This document shows, one piece after another, positions 37,850 through 46,568 of a stretch of 64,000 nucleotides of DNA. The notes below the pieces were generated by a model. That model worked only from the letters and a program-made list of their open reading frames with translations, was not told where the DNA came from and ran no database searches. The DNA is taken from NCBI GenBank assembly GCA_033854115.1, contig JAWOKS010000027.1, positions 17,290 through 81,289 of the forward strand, read 5' to 3'. The DNA is from Thermoplasmata archaeon (lineage in GTDB: Archaea; Thermoplasmatota; Thermoplasmata; Lutacidiplasmatales; UBA184). Made by a program: the position numbers and the translations under genes. Each line of letters opens with the position of its first letter. Position 1 is the stretch's first letter.

Positions 37850-39126
37850 GCCGCCACCGTCCCCGCGGGGCCGGCCCCCTTGCGCCGTTCGAGGGACTCG
37901 AAGAAGGCGTCCATCCGGTTCTTGATCTGGGCGGGGGCGAAGTAGCGGGGATCCTCGTGGTCCGACTCGAGGTAGAGGGTCGGCACCCCGAGCTCGTGGA
38001 TCAGCCAGTCGCGGAGGTCGCCCTGGCCCGCGGTGAACGACCGGCACGACTTGATGCCGTGGATGAGCACCGCGTCCGCCTCGAACTCCCGGACATACTT
38101 CGCGAGCAGCTTCCGGCGGAGCGGCCAGGCGAGGTTGACGTAGGCCCCGAGCGAGTACTCGGCGATGCTCTCGAGGGGCCGAGCCGGGTCGTGCCGGTAG
38201 CCCTGGTCGAACAGGCCACCGACCTTCGGGTAGGTCGCGGCGACCGAGACCGCGCCCCACGTCCGGAAGAAGTCCCAGAACGTCCGGTAGCTCGGGTACG
38301 GCGGAACGCCCTCGACGACCAGACGGTACTTCTCCTCCGGCACCGGGTAGGCCCCGGAGCGGACGCGCTCCTCGACCTCGGCGTTGACCGCGGCGTAGAA
38401 CTGCGCGGCCTCCTCCGTGCCGCGGAGGACGTTGATCGGGAACATGTAGAAGACCGCCTCGAAGTACGCCTCGATCGGGGACGGCCGGCGGCGCCCCGCG
38501 GTGAGGTAATGCGCCCATCCCTCCTCGGCCCGACGCGACCGCTCGAGGGTCCGGCGGAGCTCGTTGCGGTCGAGCGAGCGGCCGGTGGTGCGCTCGAGGA
38601 ACGCGATGAACTCCTCGAGCTGGGCGACCACGTAGGTGAGGTCTTCCGAGGACGGGGTCTCGTCCCGGAGGTACGGGACGTCCAGCACGAAGAGCGGGAC
38701 GCCGAACTTCTCGGCGAGCGCCTCCCACCACTTCACGTAGACATAGCAGCCCGAGAAGCTGCAGACGAGAAGATCGGGGGGAGGGATACGGCCGAACGGG
38801 GTCTGGCCGCCGACCTCCTGCAGCCCGAGGTCGTTCTTGACGTAGCCGCAGACGTCGAGCCCGTAACCCTGGGCTTCGGCCCGGACGATGTTGGGGAGGG
38901 ACGCGTGCTTGATCGCGCAGTTGAGCGCGACGATCTCGGGGAAGACGACCTCGTAGCCGAACGCCCGGACGATCTCCGTGAGGTTGCCCCCGACCAGCAT
39001 GTAGGCGACCGGTCGCTTCGGCCCGCCGGCCGTGGCAAGGTCCGTGTAGTAGGTCTCGACCATCCGTCGCTGGAGCTCGCGCGCGTTCGCGAGGAACGCG
39101 GTCCCGTCCGGTCCGGTCGAACCCAT
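37846..39126 (-). CDS. 2-hydroxyacyl-CoA dehydratase / benzoyl-CoA reductase family subunit (HgdA/BcrC-like)
   Basis: 426 aa. VAYMLVGGNLTEIVRAFGYEVVFPE, GLDVCGYVKND, LLVCSFSGCYVYVKWWE and HGIKSCRSFTAGQ are Cys-containing motifs of the HgdA family. ATG at 39126 is preceded by GGGGGCGGGG. Confidence 0.75.
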   Translation of the reverse strand: MGSTGPDGTAFLANARELQRRMVETYYTDLATAGGPKRPVAYMLVGGNLTEIVRAFGYEVVFPEIVALNCAIKHASLPNIVRAEAQGYGLDVCGYVKNDLGLQEVGGQTPFGRIPPPDLLVCSFSGCYVYVKWWEALAEKFGVPLFVLDVPYLRDETPSSEDLTYVVAQLEEFIAFLERTTGRSLDRNELRRTLERSRRAEEGWAHYLTAGRRRPSPIEAYFEAVFYMFPINVLRGTEEAAQFYAAVNAEVEERVRSGAYPVPEEKYRLVVEGVPPYPSYRTFWDFFRTWGAVSVAATYPKVGGLFDQGYRHDPARPLESIAEYSLGAYVNLAWPLRRKLLAKYVREFEADAVLIHGIKSCRSFTAGQGDLRDWLIHELGVPTLYLESDHEDPRYFAPAQIKNRMDAFFESLERRKGAGPAGTVAA

Positions 39127-39143
39127 CGGTCGGACCCCGCCCC

Positions 39144-40268
39144 CTACGTCGCGTGCGACGCGCGCTCCCGCTCTCCGCCGAGCGGGGAGCCGCATCGCCC
39201 GCAGTAGCGGAACTTCTCGGCGAGCCCGGTCTCCCCGCAGCTGCCGCAAGAGCGCGTCGGGGGGCCGTGGAGGTAGTTCCCGTTCCCCTCGCGGGCGATC
39301 CGCTGGCGGAGCTCCGCGACCCGCGCGGGGCGCTTGTCGACGAACGCGTGCATCCCCTCGTACGGCTCGGCGGTGGCGAAGTGCAGGGCGAGCCACTCCT
39401 GGGCGTGGCCGATCGTCTGGTTCCAGGCGAGCTCCTTCCAGAAGTTCGTCTGGGCCTTCGTGTACCGCAGGCACTCGGGGAACATGCCGAGGAGGCGCTG
39501 GGCGAGCTCGTCGACGGCTTCGTCGAGCTTCCCGAGGTCGAGCCGATAGCCGCGCTCCTCCTTGCGGGCCCAGCCGATCTCCTCGTCCGACGGCGAGGCG
39601 ACCCATTCGCCGTTCCGGGTGACGGACGGGGCGACCGAGGTCACGAGGCCCCACGCTTGGGCCTGCGCGGCCGGGATCCGCTCGTTCAGGAGAAGCATCG
39701 AGCGCGCCCGCCGGTCCCCGACCGCGAGGGGCAGCCACTGGGTGGCCCCGCCGCTCGCGACCGAGCCGACGCCGACGCCGACCTGCCCGAGGTAGACGTG
39801 GGAGGCCGCGACCGAAAGGTCGCAAGCGAGGTGGAGCTCGTTCCCTCCGCCGACCGCGATCCCGTTGAGGCGCGCGATCACGGGCTTGCCGCAGCGCAAG
39901 AGCGACTCGACGGCGTCGCGGAAGACCGCCATGTACTTCCAGTAGTCGTGCGGGCGCCGGACGAACCGGCCGGCGTACTCCTTGACGTCGCCCCCGGTGC
40001 AGAACGCCCGGGAGCCGCTACCGGTGAGCACGATCACGCCGACCCGGTCGTCGATCGCGGCGGCGTTCACCGCGCGGGCGAGCTCGTGCAGGGTGAGCGT
40101 GCTGTAGGCGTTCAACGCCTCGGGACGATTGAGCGTGACGCGCCCCACGCCGTCCTCGCGCTCGTAGAGGATCTCGCGGAACGGGGCACCCGTCGTGGTC
40201 GCAAGGAGGGGGTCCGCCGGAGAAGGGGCAGAGGGGGCCGGGGTCGGAGGATGGGTTCGCGCGCGCAC
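39144..40268 (-). CDS. long (374 aa) crotonase-family protein, MenB/BadI/Oah-like, with a C-terminal zinc ribbon
   Basis: Crotonase core (GVIVLTGSGSRAFCTGGDVKEY ... NGIAVGGGNELHLACDL) plus ~120 aa C-terminal extension ending CGSCG...CGRCG. First gene of the cluster. Confidence 0.7.
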   Translation of the reverse strand: MRARTHPPTPAPSAPSPADPLLATTTGAPFREILYEREDGVGRVTLNRPEALNAYSTLTLHELARAVNAAAIDDRVGVIVLTGSGSRAFCTGGDVKEYAGRFVRRPHDYWKYMAVFRDAVESLLRCGKPVIARLNGIAVGGGNELHLACDLSVAASHVYLGQVGVGVGSVASGGATQWLPLAVGDRRARSMLLLNERIPAAQAQAWGLVTSVAPSVTRNGEWVASPSDEEIGWARKEERGYRLDLGKLDEAVDELAQRLLGMFPECLRYTKAQTNFWKELAWNQTIGHAQEWLALHFATAEPYEGMHAFVDKRPARVAELRQRIAREGNGNYLHGPPTRSCGSCGETGLAEKFRYCGRCGSPLGGERERASHAT

Positions 40269-40645
40269 GGACGCCTCGGGCCACCATCAGGGCCGTAGGG
40301 CAAGGGGGTTCTCCCTTACCGGTAGGGGCCCCGGGGCGGACCCGGGTCGCCGGTCGCGCGAATGGAACGGGCTGCGCCAGGTCGATCGCCGAGGGAACCC
40401 TCCGGATCGGCCCATCCCGGTTCCTCGGAAGGCGCGAGGATGGGGCCGCGACCCCGAGACCCACCTCCACTGCCAACCAGGTCCCCGCGGCTCCCAAGGA
40501 CGGGGGCCGGGTCCCTCGGTCCAGGCGCCGCCCTGCCCGTACCGGTGAGGGTGCGCGCGAGCCCTGCGGGACGCGGAGCGAACTCCCGGGCCCGGGGGTT
40601 CCGCATCGAAAAATCACTTGAACCCGAACGACCGTCGCGACGTCC

Positions 40646-41482
40646 GTGCCCGTACGCGAGCGAATCGAGGGGCCGGTCCTCGTGGTGACCATCGATCGGC
40701 CGGAGGCGAGGAACGCGATCGACCCGGAGACCCATGCACGGTTGCTCCGCGCGTGGCGGCGTCTCCGGGACGACGAGCGGCTCCGGGTCGGGGTCCTCAC
40801 GGGGGCCGGCACCCTCGCGTTCTGCGCCGGGATCGACCTGAAGCGGCTCGAGGACTTCTATGCGGAAGCCTATCCCGGGGCCCGGCGCGAGCGGTTCGGC
40901 CGGGAGCCGGGCCTCGGCGGCCTCACCCGGAACTTCGACCCGGGTAAGCCGGTGATCGCGGCAGTCAACGGCTACTGCCTCGGGCTCGGGCTCGAGCTCG
41001 CGCTCGCCTGCGACCTGCGGCTCGCGAGCCCGAACGCGACCTTCGGGCTCCCCGAGGTCCGGTGGGGGATCATCCCGGGACAGGGCGGGACGCAGCGGCT
41101 CGCGCGCGCGATCCCGGCCAATCTCGCCCTCGAGATGATCCTCACCGGGGGCCCGATCTCCGCCGAGAGGGCGGTCGCGATCGGCCTCGTCAACCGGCTC
41201 GTTCCCTCGGCCGCGCTCGTGCCCGAGGCCGTCGCCCTCGGGCGGACGATCGCCCAGTTCCCCGCCCGGGCGGTGCGGCTCGCGCGCGAAGCGGTGCGAC
41301 GGGGCCTCGACCTCCCGCTCCCCGAGGCGCTCCAGTTCGAGCAGGACCTCGCCGACCCGCTCCGCTCGAGCCCGGAGAGCCAGGAGGCCCGTCGCGGGTT
41401 CGGAGGGCGGGACCGTAGGGCGTCCCCACCTCCCTCGCCCCGTTCGGGGTCGAGACCGCGACGGCGCCGTCGGGCGCGATGA
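40646..41482 (+). CDS. enoyl-CoA hydratase/isomerase (crotonase) family protein, divergent from the cluster
   Basis: VGVLTGAGTLAFCAGIDLK and VNGYCLGLGLELALACDLRLASPNATFGLPEVRWGIIPG. GTG start. Confidence 0.75.
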   Translation: MPVRERIEGPVLVVTIDRPEARNAIDPETHARLLRAWRRLRDDERLRVGVLTGAGTLAFCAGIDLKRLEDFYAEAYPGARRERFGREPGLGGLTRNFDPGKPVIAAVNGYCLGLGLELALACDLRLASPNATFGLPEVRWGIIPGQGGTQRLARAIPANLALEMILTGGPISAERAVAIGLVNRLVPSAALVPEAVALGRTIAQFPARAVRLAREAVRRGLDLPLPEALQFEQDLADPLRSSPESQEARRGFGGRDRRASPPPSPRSGSRPRRRRRAR

Positions 41483-41498
41483 CCTCGGGCGGGACGGC

Positions 41499-42335
41499 TC
41501 AGCGCTCGCCGAGGTGCGGGGCGAGCATCTTGCTCTCCGCCCGACGCAGGAGCTCGGACGCGGTCGACCGGCTGACGCCGAGAATGCGGGAGAGCTCCTT
41601 CAAGTTCGTCCGGCGCGGGAACGCGTAGAAGCCGAGGCGGTAGGCGGTCTCGAGCGCCGTCGCCTGGCGGGCTGTGAGGGTCTGCGGCGGAACGAACCGG
41701 CGCATCCGGAGGATCGGGGGCCGCGGGTCGTCCCCCTGGCCGAGGGACCGCACGACCGACTTGAGCGCGCCCGGCGCCCGCGGGAGCACGAGCGTCCAGC
41801 GGTCCGGCACCTCGCTGCCATCGGCCGGCAGGAACTGGCAGGTCGCGCAGATCACGCCCCCCTCGAAGATCCGACGGCAGGACTCGGGCATCCGGGTCAC
41901 GGTGCGGACGAACCGCCGCGAGGGCGACAGCACCATGACGGTGAGCTCGAGGAGATCGTCCCGGTGGCGGAGGTAGCGCTCGGCCGCCGCGAGGTCCCCC
42001 GGGTCGCCGGTAAGCTCCGCGACCTGGAGAAGGCGGGAGGCGTCCACCCCCATCGGACGGCAGACGTTGAGGCGGACCCGGAGGTTCCAGCGCTCGGTGA
42101 CGTCCCGGCTCCAGTGGCCGGCGGTCCCGGCCGGTACGTCGACCTCGACGAGCGGCAGCTGGACGAGGTTCGGGGCGATCCGGGGCGAGAACGACTCGGT
42201 GGACGGACGGCGGGAGGGTCCCGAACCCACGGACCCCGACGACGGCCGACGCCGGCTCGCGCCCTTCATCCCGTCCGGCCCCCCCGGGAGAGCGGGCGGC
42301 CCGAGATAAGCCCTGACCACGCCGCTCTCGCCCAT
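41499..42335 (-). CDS. archaeal HTH_10 (bacterio-opsin-activator-type) transcriptional regulator
   Basis: C-terminal TARQATALETAYRLGFYAFPRRTNLKELSRILGVSRSTASELLRRAESKM matches the HTH_10 DNA-binding domain. The N-terminal boundary is uncertain: candidate Met starts at 42335, 42269 and 42053. Confidence 0.55.
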   Translation of the reverse strand: MGESGVVRAYLGPPALPGGPDGMKGASRRRPSSGSVGSGPSRRPSTESFSPRIAPNLVQLPLVEVDVPAGTAGHWSRDVTERWNLRVRLNVCRPMGVDASRLLQVAELTGDPGDLAAAERYLRHRDDLLELTVMVLSPSRRFVRTVTRMPESCRRIFEGGVICATCQFLPADGSEVPDRWTLVLPRAPGALKSVVRSLGQGDDPRPPILRMRRFVPPQTLTARQATALETAYRLGFYAFPRRTNLKELSRILGVSRSTASELLRRAESKMLAPHLGER

Positions 42336-42388
42336 CGGGGTTCCTCGGTCGTTCGGCTCTCGGAAGGAGCGGTGTCCGGATCGGCGGA

Positions 42389-42937
42389 TCAGACGACCGT
42401 CATCGTGCCCGACATGTAGCCCGGAACGCCCATCGGAGCCCCCGAGTAGCCGTCCGACCCGCACGGGTCGACGCAGACCCAGGTGTACACCCCGGGCGAG
42501 GCGAGGTCGACCGTGAACGTGACGGTGCTCATGCCCGGGCTGACCACGTTGAGGTTCAGGTCCGGGATCGTGAACGTGTGCGCGATGTTCGTGCTCGGGA
42601 CGTCCGACATCGGCGTGCCGTTGACGGACTCCGTCCCGCCGACCGTGCCGGTCACGTTGCAGGGGCAGCCCGACCAGGCCACCGGCGCATCGAAGTCGAG
42701 GATCGTGAAGAGGACCACGCCGTGCGGAACGGTGAAGTTCGCGGGCGAGTACTGGGGCTGGCCGTTCACCGGGTTCACCTGCACGGTGAGGTACATGTGC
42801 GCGGGCCCGGACGACGCGGGCGAGGGCGGGGCGTTCGCGTTCGCGCTGGCCGTGACCCCGGTCCAGACGAGCAGCAGCACGACCACGCTGAACGCGAGCC
42901 CGGCGGCCACGAGATTGTAGTACTCCCTGTCCTTCAC
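42389..42937 (-). CDS. membrane-anchored cupredoxin/COX2-like domain protein
   Basis: N-terminal TM (LVAAGLAFSVVVLLLVW), then a domain with IAHTFTIPD ... GVYTWVCVDPCGSDGYSGAPMGVPGYMSGTMTVV, paralogous to the C-terminus of the 19382..21418 protein. Confidence 0.55.
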   Translation of the reverse strand: MKDREYYNLVAAGLAFSVVVLLLVWTGVTASANANAPPSPASSGPAHMYLTVQVNPVNGQPQYSPANFTVPHGVVLFTILDFDAPVAWSGCPCNVTGTVGGTESVNGTPMSDVPSTNIAHTFTIPDLNLNVVSPGMSTVTFTVDLASPGVYTWVCVDPCGSDGYSGAPMGVPGYMSGTMTVV

Positions 42938-43060
42938 GTTCTCTCCCTACGTCCGAGCACGGACGAGGAGACCGGACCCCACCACGACCTCACCGATCTC
43001 CTCCGGTCCGCGCACCGGTCCCCACGCTCGCGGTGGGAGAAGGCCGTACTGCCTTACCGG

Positions 43061-44074
43061 TTAGGTTCCCGGGCCGCCCCCTCCTCGGGAGGCGCCGGAC
43101 GACGCCGTCGAGGTGCCGCCGACCCGAGCGGACGGCAGCTCGGGGCCGACCACGTCGGCGAGCGCGGCGATCAGGTCGGGGTCGGCGTTCGGCGAGGGGA
43201 CCCGCTCGAGCTCGATCCCGCGCCGGGCCGCCCGCTCCTTGAGCTCGATGTCGAGGTCGTAGAGGACCTCGAGGTTGTCCGCCGCGAAGCCGTAGGCGGC
43301 GAGCAGCACGCCCCCCGGGGTCGCCCGTGGGAGCTCGTCCACCACGGACTCGACCGACGGGCCGAGCCACGCCTCGCCGGTGCGCCCGACGCTCTGGTAC
43401 GCGGCGATCGACCGAGCCGGCCCGAGCCGAGCGAGGATCGCCTCGCGGGTCCTCTCGAGGGATCGCACGTAGGGGTCGCCGCTCGCGCTCGCGCGGACGG
43501 GAAGGCTGTGCGCGGAGAAGAGGAGGACCGGGTCCGCGCCGGTCCGCCCACGGAGCCTCGCGCGGGCCGAGCGGATGCGTTCCGTCCAACCCTCGACCCA
43601 ACGAGGTTCGAGGTGCCAGCCCGTCACGTAGCGTACGGGGCCGATGTGGCCCCGGGCCCGCAGGCGGGTCCGGACCTCCGCGAGGTACGTTCCGACCCCC
43701 CAACGGGAGTAGTACGGGGTGAGGGGAACGATGGAGAGTCGTTCCGCCCCGGCCTCCTCGAGGGCATCGAGCGCTTCATCGAGGCTCGGGGAGCCGACCA
43801 CGGCACCGTACCGGCACGGCCTCGTCTGGCCCGCCGCCCGGTAATGGGCCTCGAGCCGTTCGGCCTGCGCCTCGGAGATCCTCCCGAGCGGCGACCCTCC
43901 CCCGATGCGGGCGTAGCGGGCCCGGAACTCGTCGACGAGCTCGGGAGGGGTAGGACGGCCCCGGCGGATCCCCTCGAGGAACCGGCCGACCTCGTCGAGC
44001 GTCGCGGGGGCGCCGAGCGCGCAGAGCAGCACGCCGTCCGGCATGCGACGCCTCACGCCCCCGGGCCCGGGCAC
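43061..44074 (-). CDS. hemH: ferrochelatase
   Basis: LLFSAHSLP (the conserved His region) and LSIVPLTPYYSRW. Alternative start at 44044. Confidence 0.8.
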   Translation of the reverse strand: MPGPGGVRRRMPDGVLLCALGAPATLDEVGRFLEGIRRGRPTPPELVDEFRARYARIGGGSPLGRISEAQAERLEAHYRAAGQTRPCRYGAVVGSPSLDEALDALEEAGAERLSIVPLTPYYSRWGVGTYLAEVRTRLRARGHIGPVRYVTGWHLEPRWVEGWTERIRSARARLRGRTGADPVLLFSAHSLPVRASASGDPYVRSLERTREAILARLGPARSIAAYQSVGRTGEAWLGPSVESVVDELPRATPGGVLLAAYGFAADNLEVLYDLDIELKERAARRGIELERVPSPNADPDLIAALADVVGPELPSARVGGTSTASSGASRGGGGPGT

Positions 44075-44078
44075 GCGC

Positions 44079-44579
44079 TCATGGCACGGTCTGGAGGAGG
44101 GCGGCCTCGAAGAGGACCACCACCATCAGCGCGAGGTTGACGAACGAGACGGTCCGGCTTCGGCGTCGGAGGGCGCGCAGTTCGTCGTAGCGCTGCTCGC
44201 GGGCGAGGCGGACGATCTTCGGACCGTAGTAGAGCCCGTGGAGGTAGACGAGCGCGATGAGCACGACGACGGTGAGCGCCTTCGCGAGCAGCACCTCCCC
44301 TGAGAGCGAGGTCCAAAGGGCGCTCGTCGTCGGGAGGTACCAGCTCGCGTTGTAGAGGCCCGTGACGACCAGGACGACCAGGAGCGGCGTGCTGAACGTC
44401 CCGAACCGCCGCGCGACCGCCCCGACGAACGCCGTGCGTTCCGACTCGTTCCCGCTGCGCGCCCGCGTCACGGGCTCGAGGACGAGCCAGAAGAACAACG
44501 AGCCCCCGACGAAGAGGACAGCGGAGAGGAGGTGGACCCAGAGGACGATCGTCTCCACCCAGTCGATCGACGCGGTCAA
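44079..44579 (-). CDS. small polytopic membrane protein, HemJ/CopD-like (possible protoporphyrinogen oxidase HemJ)
   Basis: 166 aa with 4-5 TM and a His-containing TM1 (IVLWVHLLSAVLFVGGSLFFW). It sits between ferrochelatase and a radical-SAM gene. TTG/GTG start overlaps the upstream stop. Confidence 0.45.
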   Translation of the reverse strand: MTASIDWVETIVLWVHLLSAVLFVGGSLFFWLVLEPVTRARSGNESERTAFVGAVARRFGTFSTPLLVVLVVTGLYNASWYLPTTSALWTSLSGEVLLAKALTVVVLIALVYLHGLYYGPKIVRLAREQRYDELRALRRRSRTVSFVNLALMVVVLFEAALLQTVP

Positions 44580-45733
44580 TGATCAGAGGCCCCCAACGAG
44601 GAGAGGCCGCCCGGGCCGGGGCCTTCCCCGACGGGAGGTCGAGCGGTCCCGGCGACCCGAAGGCACGCGGGATCGCTCCCGAGAAGATCGCCCGAGATGG
44701 CCCAGGAGCGGGCGCGGCTCCCGCCGCAGACCGCGCGATGGTCGCAGCGCCCGCACGGTCCGTGGAACGCCCGGGCCCGGATCGATCTCAACCGCGGCTC
44801 GTCCCGGTACACGGCCACCGGGGACCGCACCCGCACGTTGCCGAGCGGGACCTCCACGAACCCCCCGGGGTAGATCGTTCCGTCGTGCGCGACGAACACG
44901 GTGCCGTCCCCGTCGAGGGTGCCCGTCGGGGAGATCGAAGGCGCGCGGGACGGCGGGCCGAGCCTCGACCGGAGCTCGTCGGACCACCGGGAGAACGCCG
45001 CGGGGGTCGGTCGGTCCGGCGCCGCCCGGCGTTCGGCCGCGATCCGGCGCACGAACGGTCCCTCGATCGGACGGACGACGAGCCCGTAACCGGTCGCATC
45101 GTAGAGGAGGTGCCCGACCGCTTCGTACTCCTCGGGGGAAAGCTCCTCGAGCTCGGCGCCTCGCCCCGTGCGCACCAGGAAGAATACCTCCCAGGTCGGG
45201 ACCCCGTGCTCGAGGAGCAGCCCGCAGAGCCTCGGGAGCTCCGCGAGGTTCGAACGGAGGACGGTGGTGTTCACTTGGACGCGGAGACCCGCCCGGCGCG
45301 CCGCCGCGATCGCGGCGAGCGTGGCCGCGAACGTCCCCGGGACCCCGCGCACCCCGTCGTGCGTCGCCGCGGTCGCGCCGTCCAGGCTGAACGAGACCGA
45401 GGCGACCCCCTCGGAGGCGAACCGCTCGAGGACCTCCGCGGTCAGGCGGTCGGAGACCGCGGGCGAGACCGCGACCGGGAAGCCGCGCCCGCGCGCCGAG
45501 GCGATGAGGTCGAAGAGGTCGGGTCGGGAAAGGGGGTCCCCGCCGGTGAGGACGAGCACCGGGAGGGGCGACCCGAACGCCGTGAGCGCTTCGAGCAGCC
45601 GCTCCGCCTCGTCGGTCGCGAGCTCCCCCGGGAGCGGCTCAGGGCCCGCCCGGGCACGGCAGTGGACGCACGCGAGCGGGCAACGGCGGGTGAGCTCCCA
45701 GAAGACGAGGACGGGGCGCTCCGCGAACCTCAC
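44576..45733 (-). CDS. radical SAM protein with a C-terminal SPASM/twitch domain (AhbD/NirJ-like; putative heme-biosynthesis enzyme)
   Basis: CPLACVHC (CX3CX2C) near the N-terminus. C-terminal Cys cluster FHGPCGRCDHRAVCGG. Heme-gene neighbourhood. Confidence 0.75.
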   Translation of the reverse strand: MRFAERPVLVFWELTRRCPLACVHCRARAGPEPLPGELATDEAERLLEALTAFGSPLPVLVLTGGDPLSRPDLFDLIASARGRGFPVAVSPAVSDRLTAEVLERFASEGVASVSFSLDGATAATHDGVRGVPGTFAATLAAIAAARRAGLRVQVNTTVLRSNLAELPRLCGLLLEHGVPTWEVFFLVRTGRGAELEELSPEEYEAVGHLLYDATGYGLVVRPIEGPFVRRIAAERRAAPDRPTPAAFSRWSDELRSRLGPPSRAPSISPTGTLDGDGTVFVAHDGTIYPGGFVEVPLGNVRVRSPVAVYRDEPRLRSIRARAFHGPCGRCDHRAVCGGSRARSWAISGDLLGSDPACLRVAGTARPPVGEGPGPGGLSSLGASDH

Positions 45734-45900
45734 GCGGGTCCCTCCTCGGCGACGCGGTCAGGGGAACGGACCGGGGGTCGGTGGGACCGGGAATGCCCGG
45801 ACTCGATCGGTCCGTGCGACGTTCGGGTGCCCCGCCGGCCTCCCGACCGCGTCCGAAGCCGTCCCCGGCCGCTCATCGCCTCCCGGAGAACCGGGGCGGC

Positions 45901-46500
45901 TCAAATGTCCTCGTAGGGACCCGTGACCTCGATTGGCTCCCCGCGCGCCGACTCGGGCGCCGGGTGGAGCGAGCCACGGGCGCGGCGGTTCTCGCCGGAG
46001 ATCGCGCGCACCACATCCTCGCGCGTGACGATCCCGACGAGGTGCTGGCGGTCGTCGAGCACCGGGAGGCGCTTCACGCCGTGGAGCCGCATGAGCCGCG
46101 CGGCCTCGTGGATCGTGGCCCGCCGGTCGATCGTCACCACGGAGCGGGTCATCACGTCCCCGACCCGGGTGTTCTTGAGGTGGCTGCGGCAGACCTCGAG
46201 GACGCTCTCGCCCTTCGCGGGGGCCGACTCGAGCAGGAGGTCCAAGAGGCCTCGGGCGCTCGCGACCCCCGCGGCCCGGTGGAGCGTCCGCACGAGGTCC
46301 CGCTCGCTGAGCACCCCGACGACCCGGTAGGGCGGGTCCACCACGGGCAGGCCTGAGACGTGATGTTCCCGAAGCAGGCGGGCAGCCTGATCGAGACGCG
46401 CGTCGGGGGTGGTCGACACCACGAGGCGCGTCATGATCTCGGAAACCGCAGTCCGGTCGTCCATGGTGGTCCCGTCCGTAGGACCCTCTTGTTTCGGCAC
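45901..46500 (-). CDS. CBS domain pair protein
   Basis: Two CBS modules (VSEIMTRLVVSTTPDARLDQAARLLREHHVSGLPVVD and VGDVMTRSVVTIDRRATIHEAARLMRLHGVKRLPVLD). Confidence 0.7.
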   Translation of the reverse strand: MPKQEGPTDGTTMDDRTAVSEIMTRLVVSTTPDARLDQAARLLREHHVSGLPVVDPPYRVVGVLSERDLVRTLHRAAGVASARGLLDLLLESAPAKGESVLEVCRSHLKNTRVGDVMTRSVVTIDRRATIHEAARLMRLHGVKRLPVLDDRQHLVGIVTREDVVRAISGENRRARGSLHPAPESARGEPIEVTGPYEDI

Positions 46501-46568
46501 GGATAGCTCTCAGGTCAACCCTAATGGACCGAGGAGGGGAAGGTCCCTCGCACGAACGGGTTGGGGGG

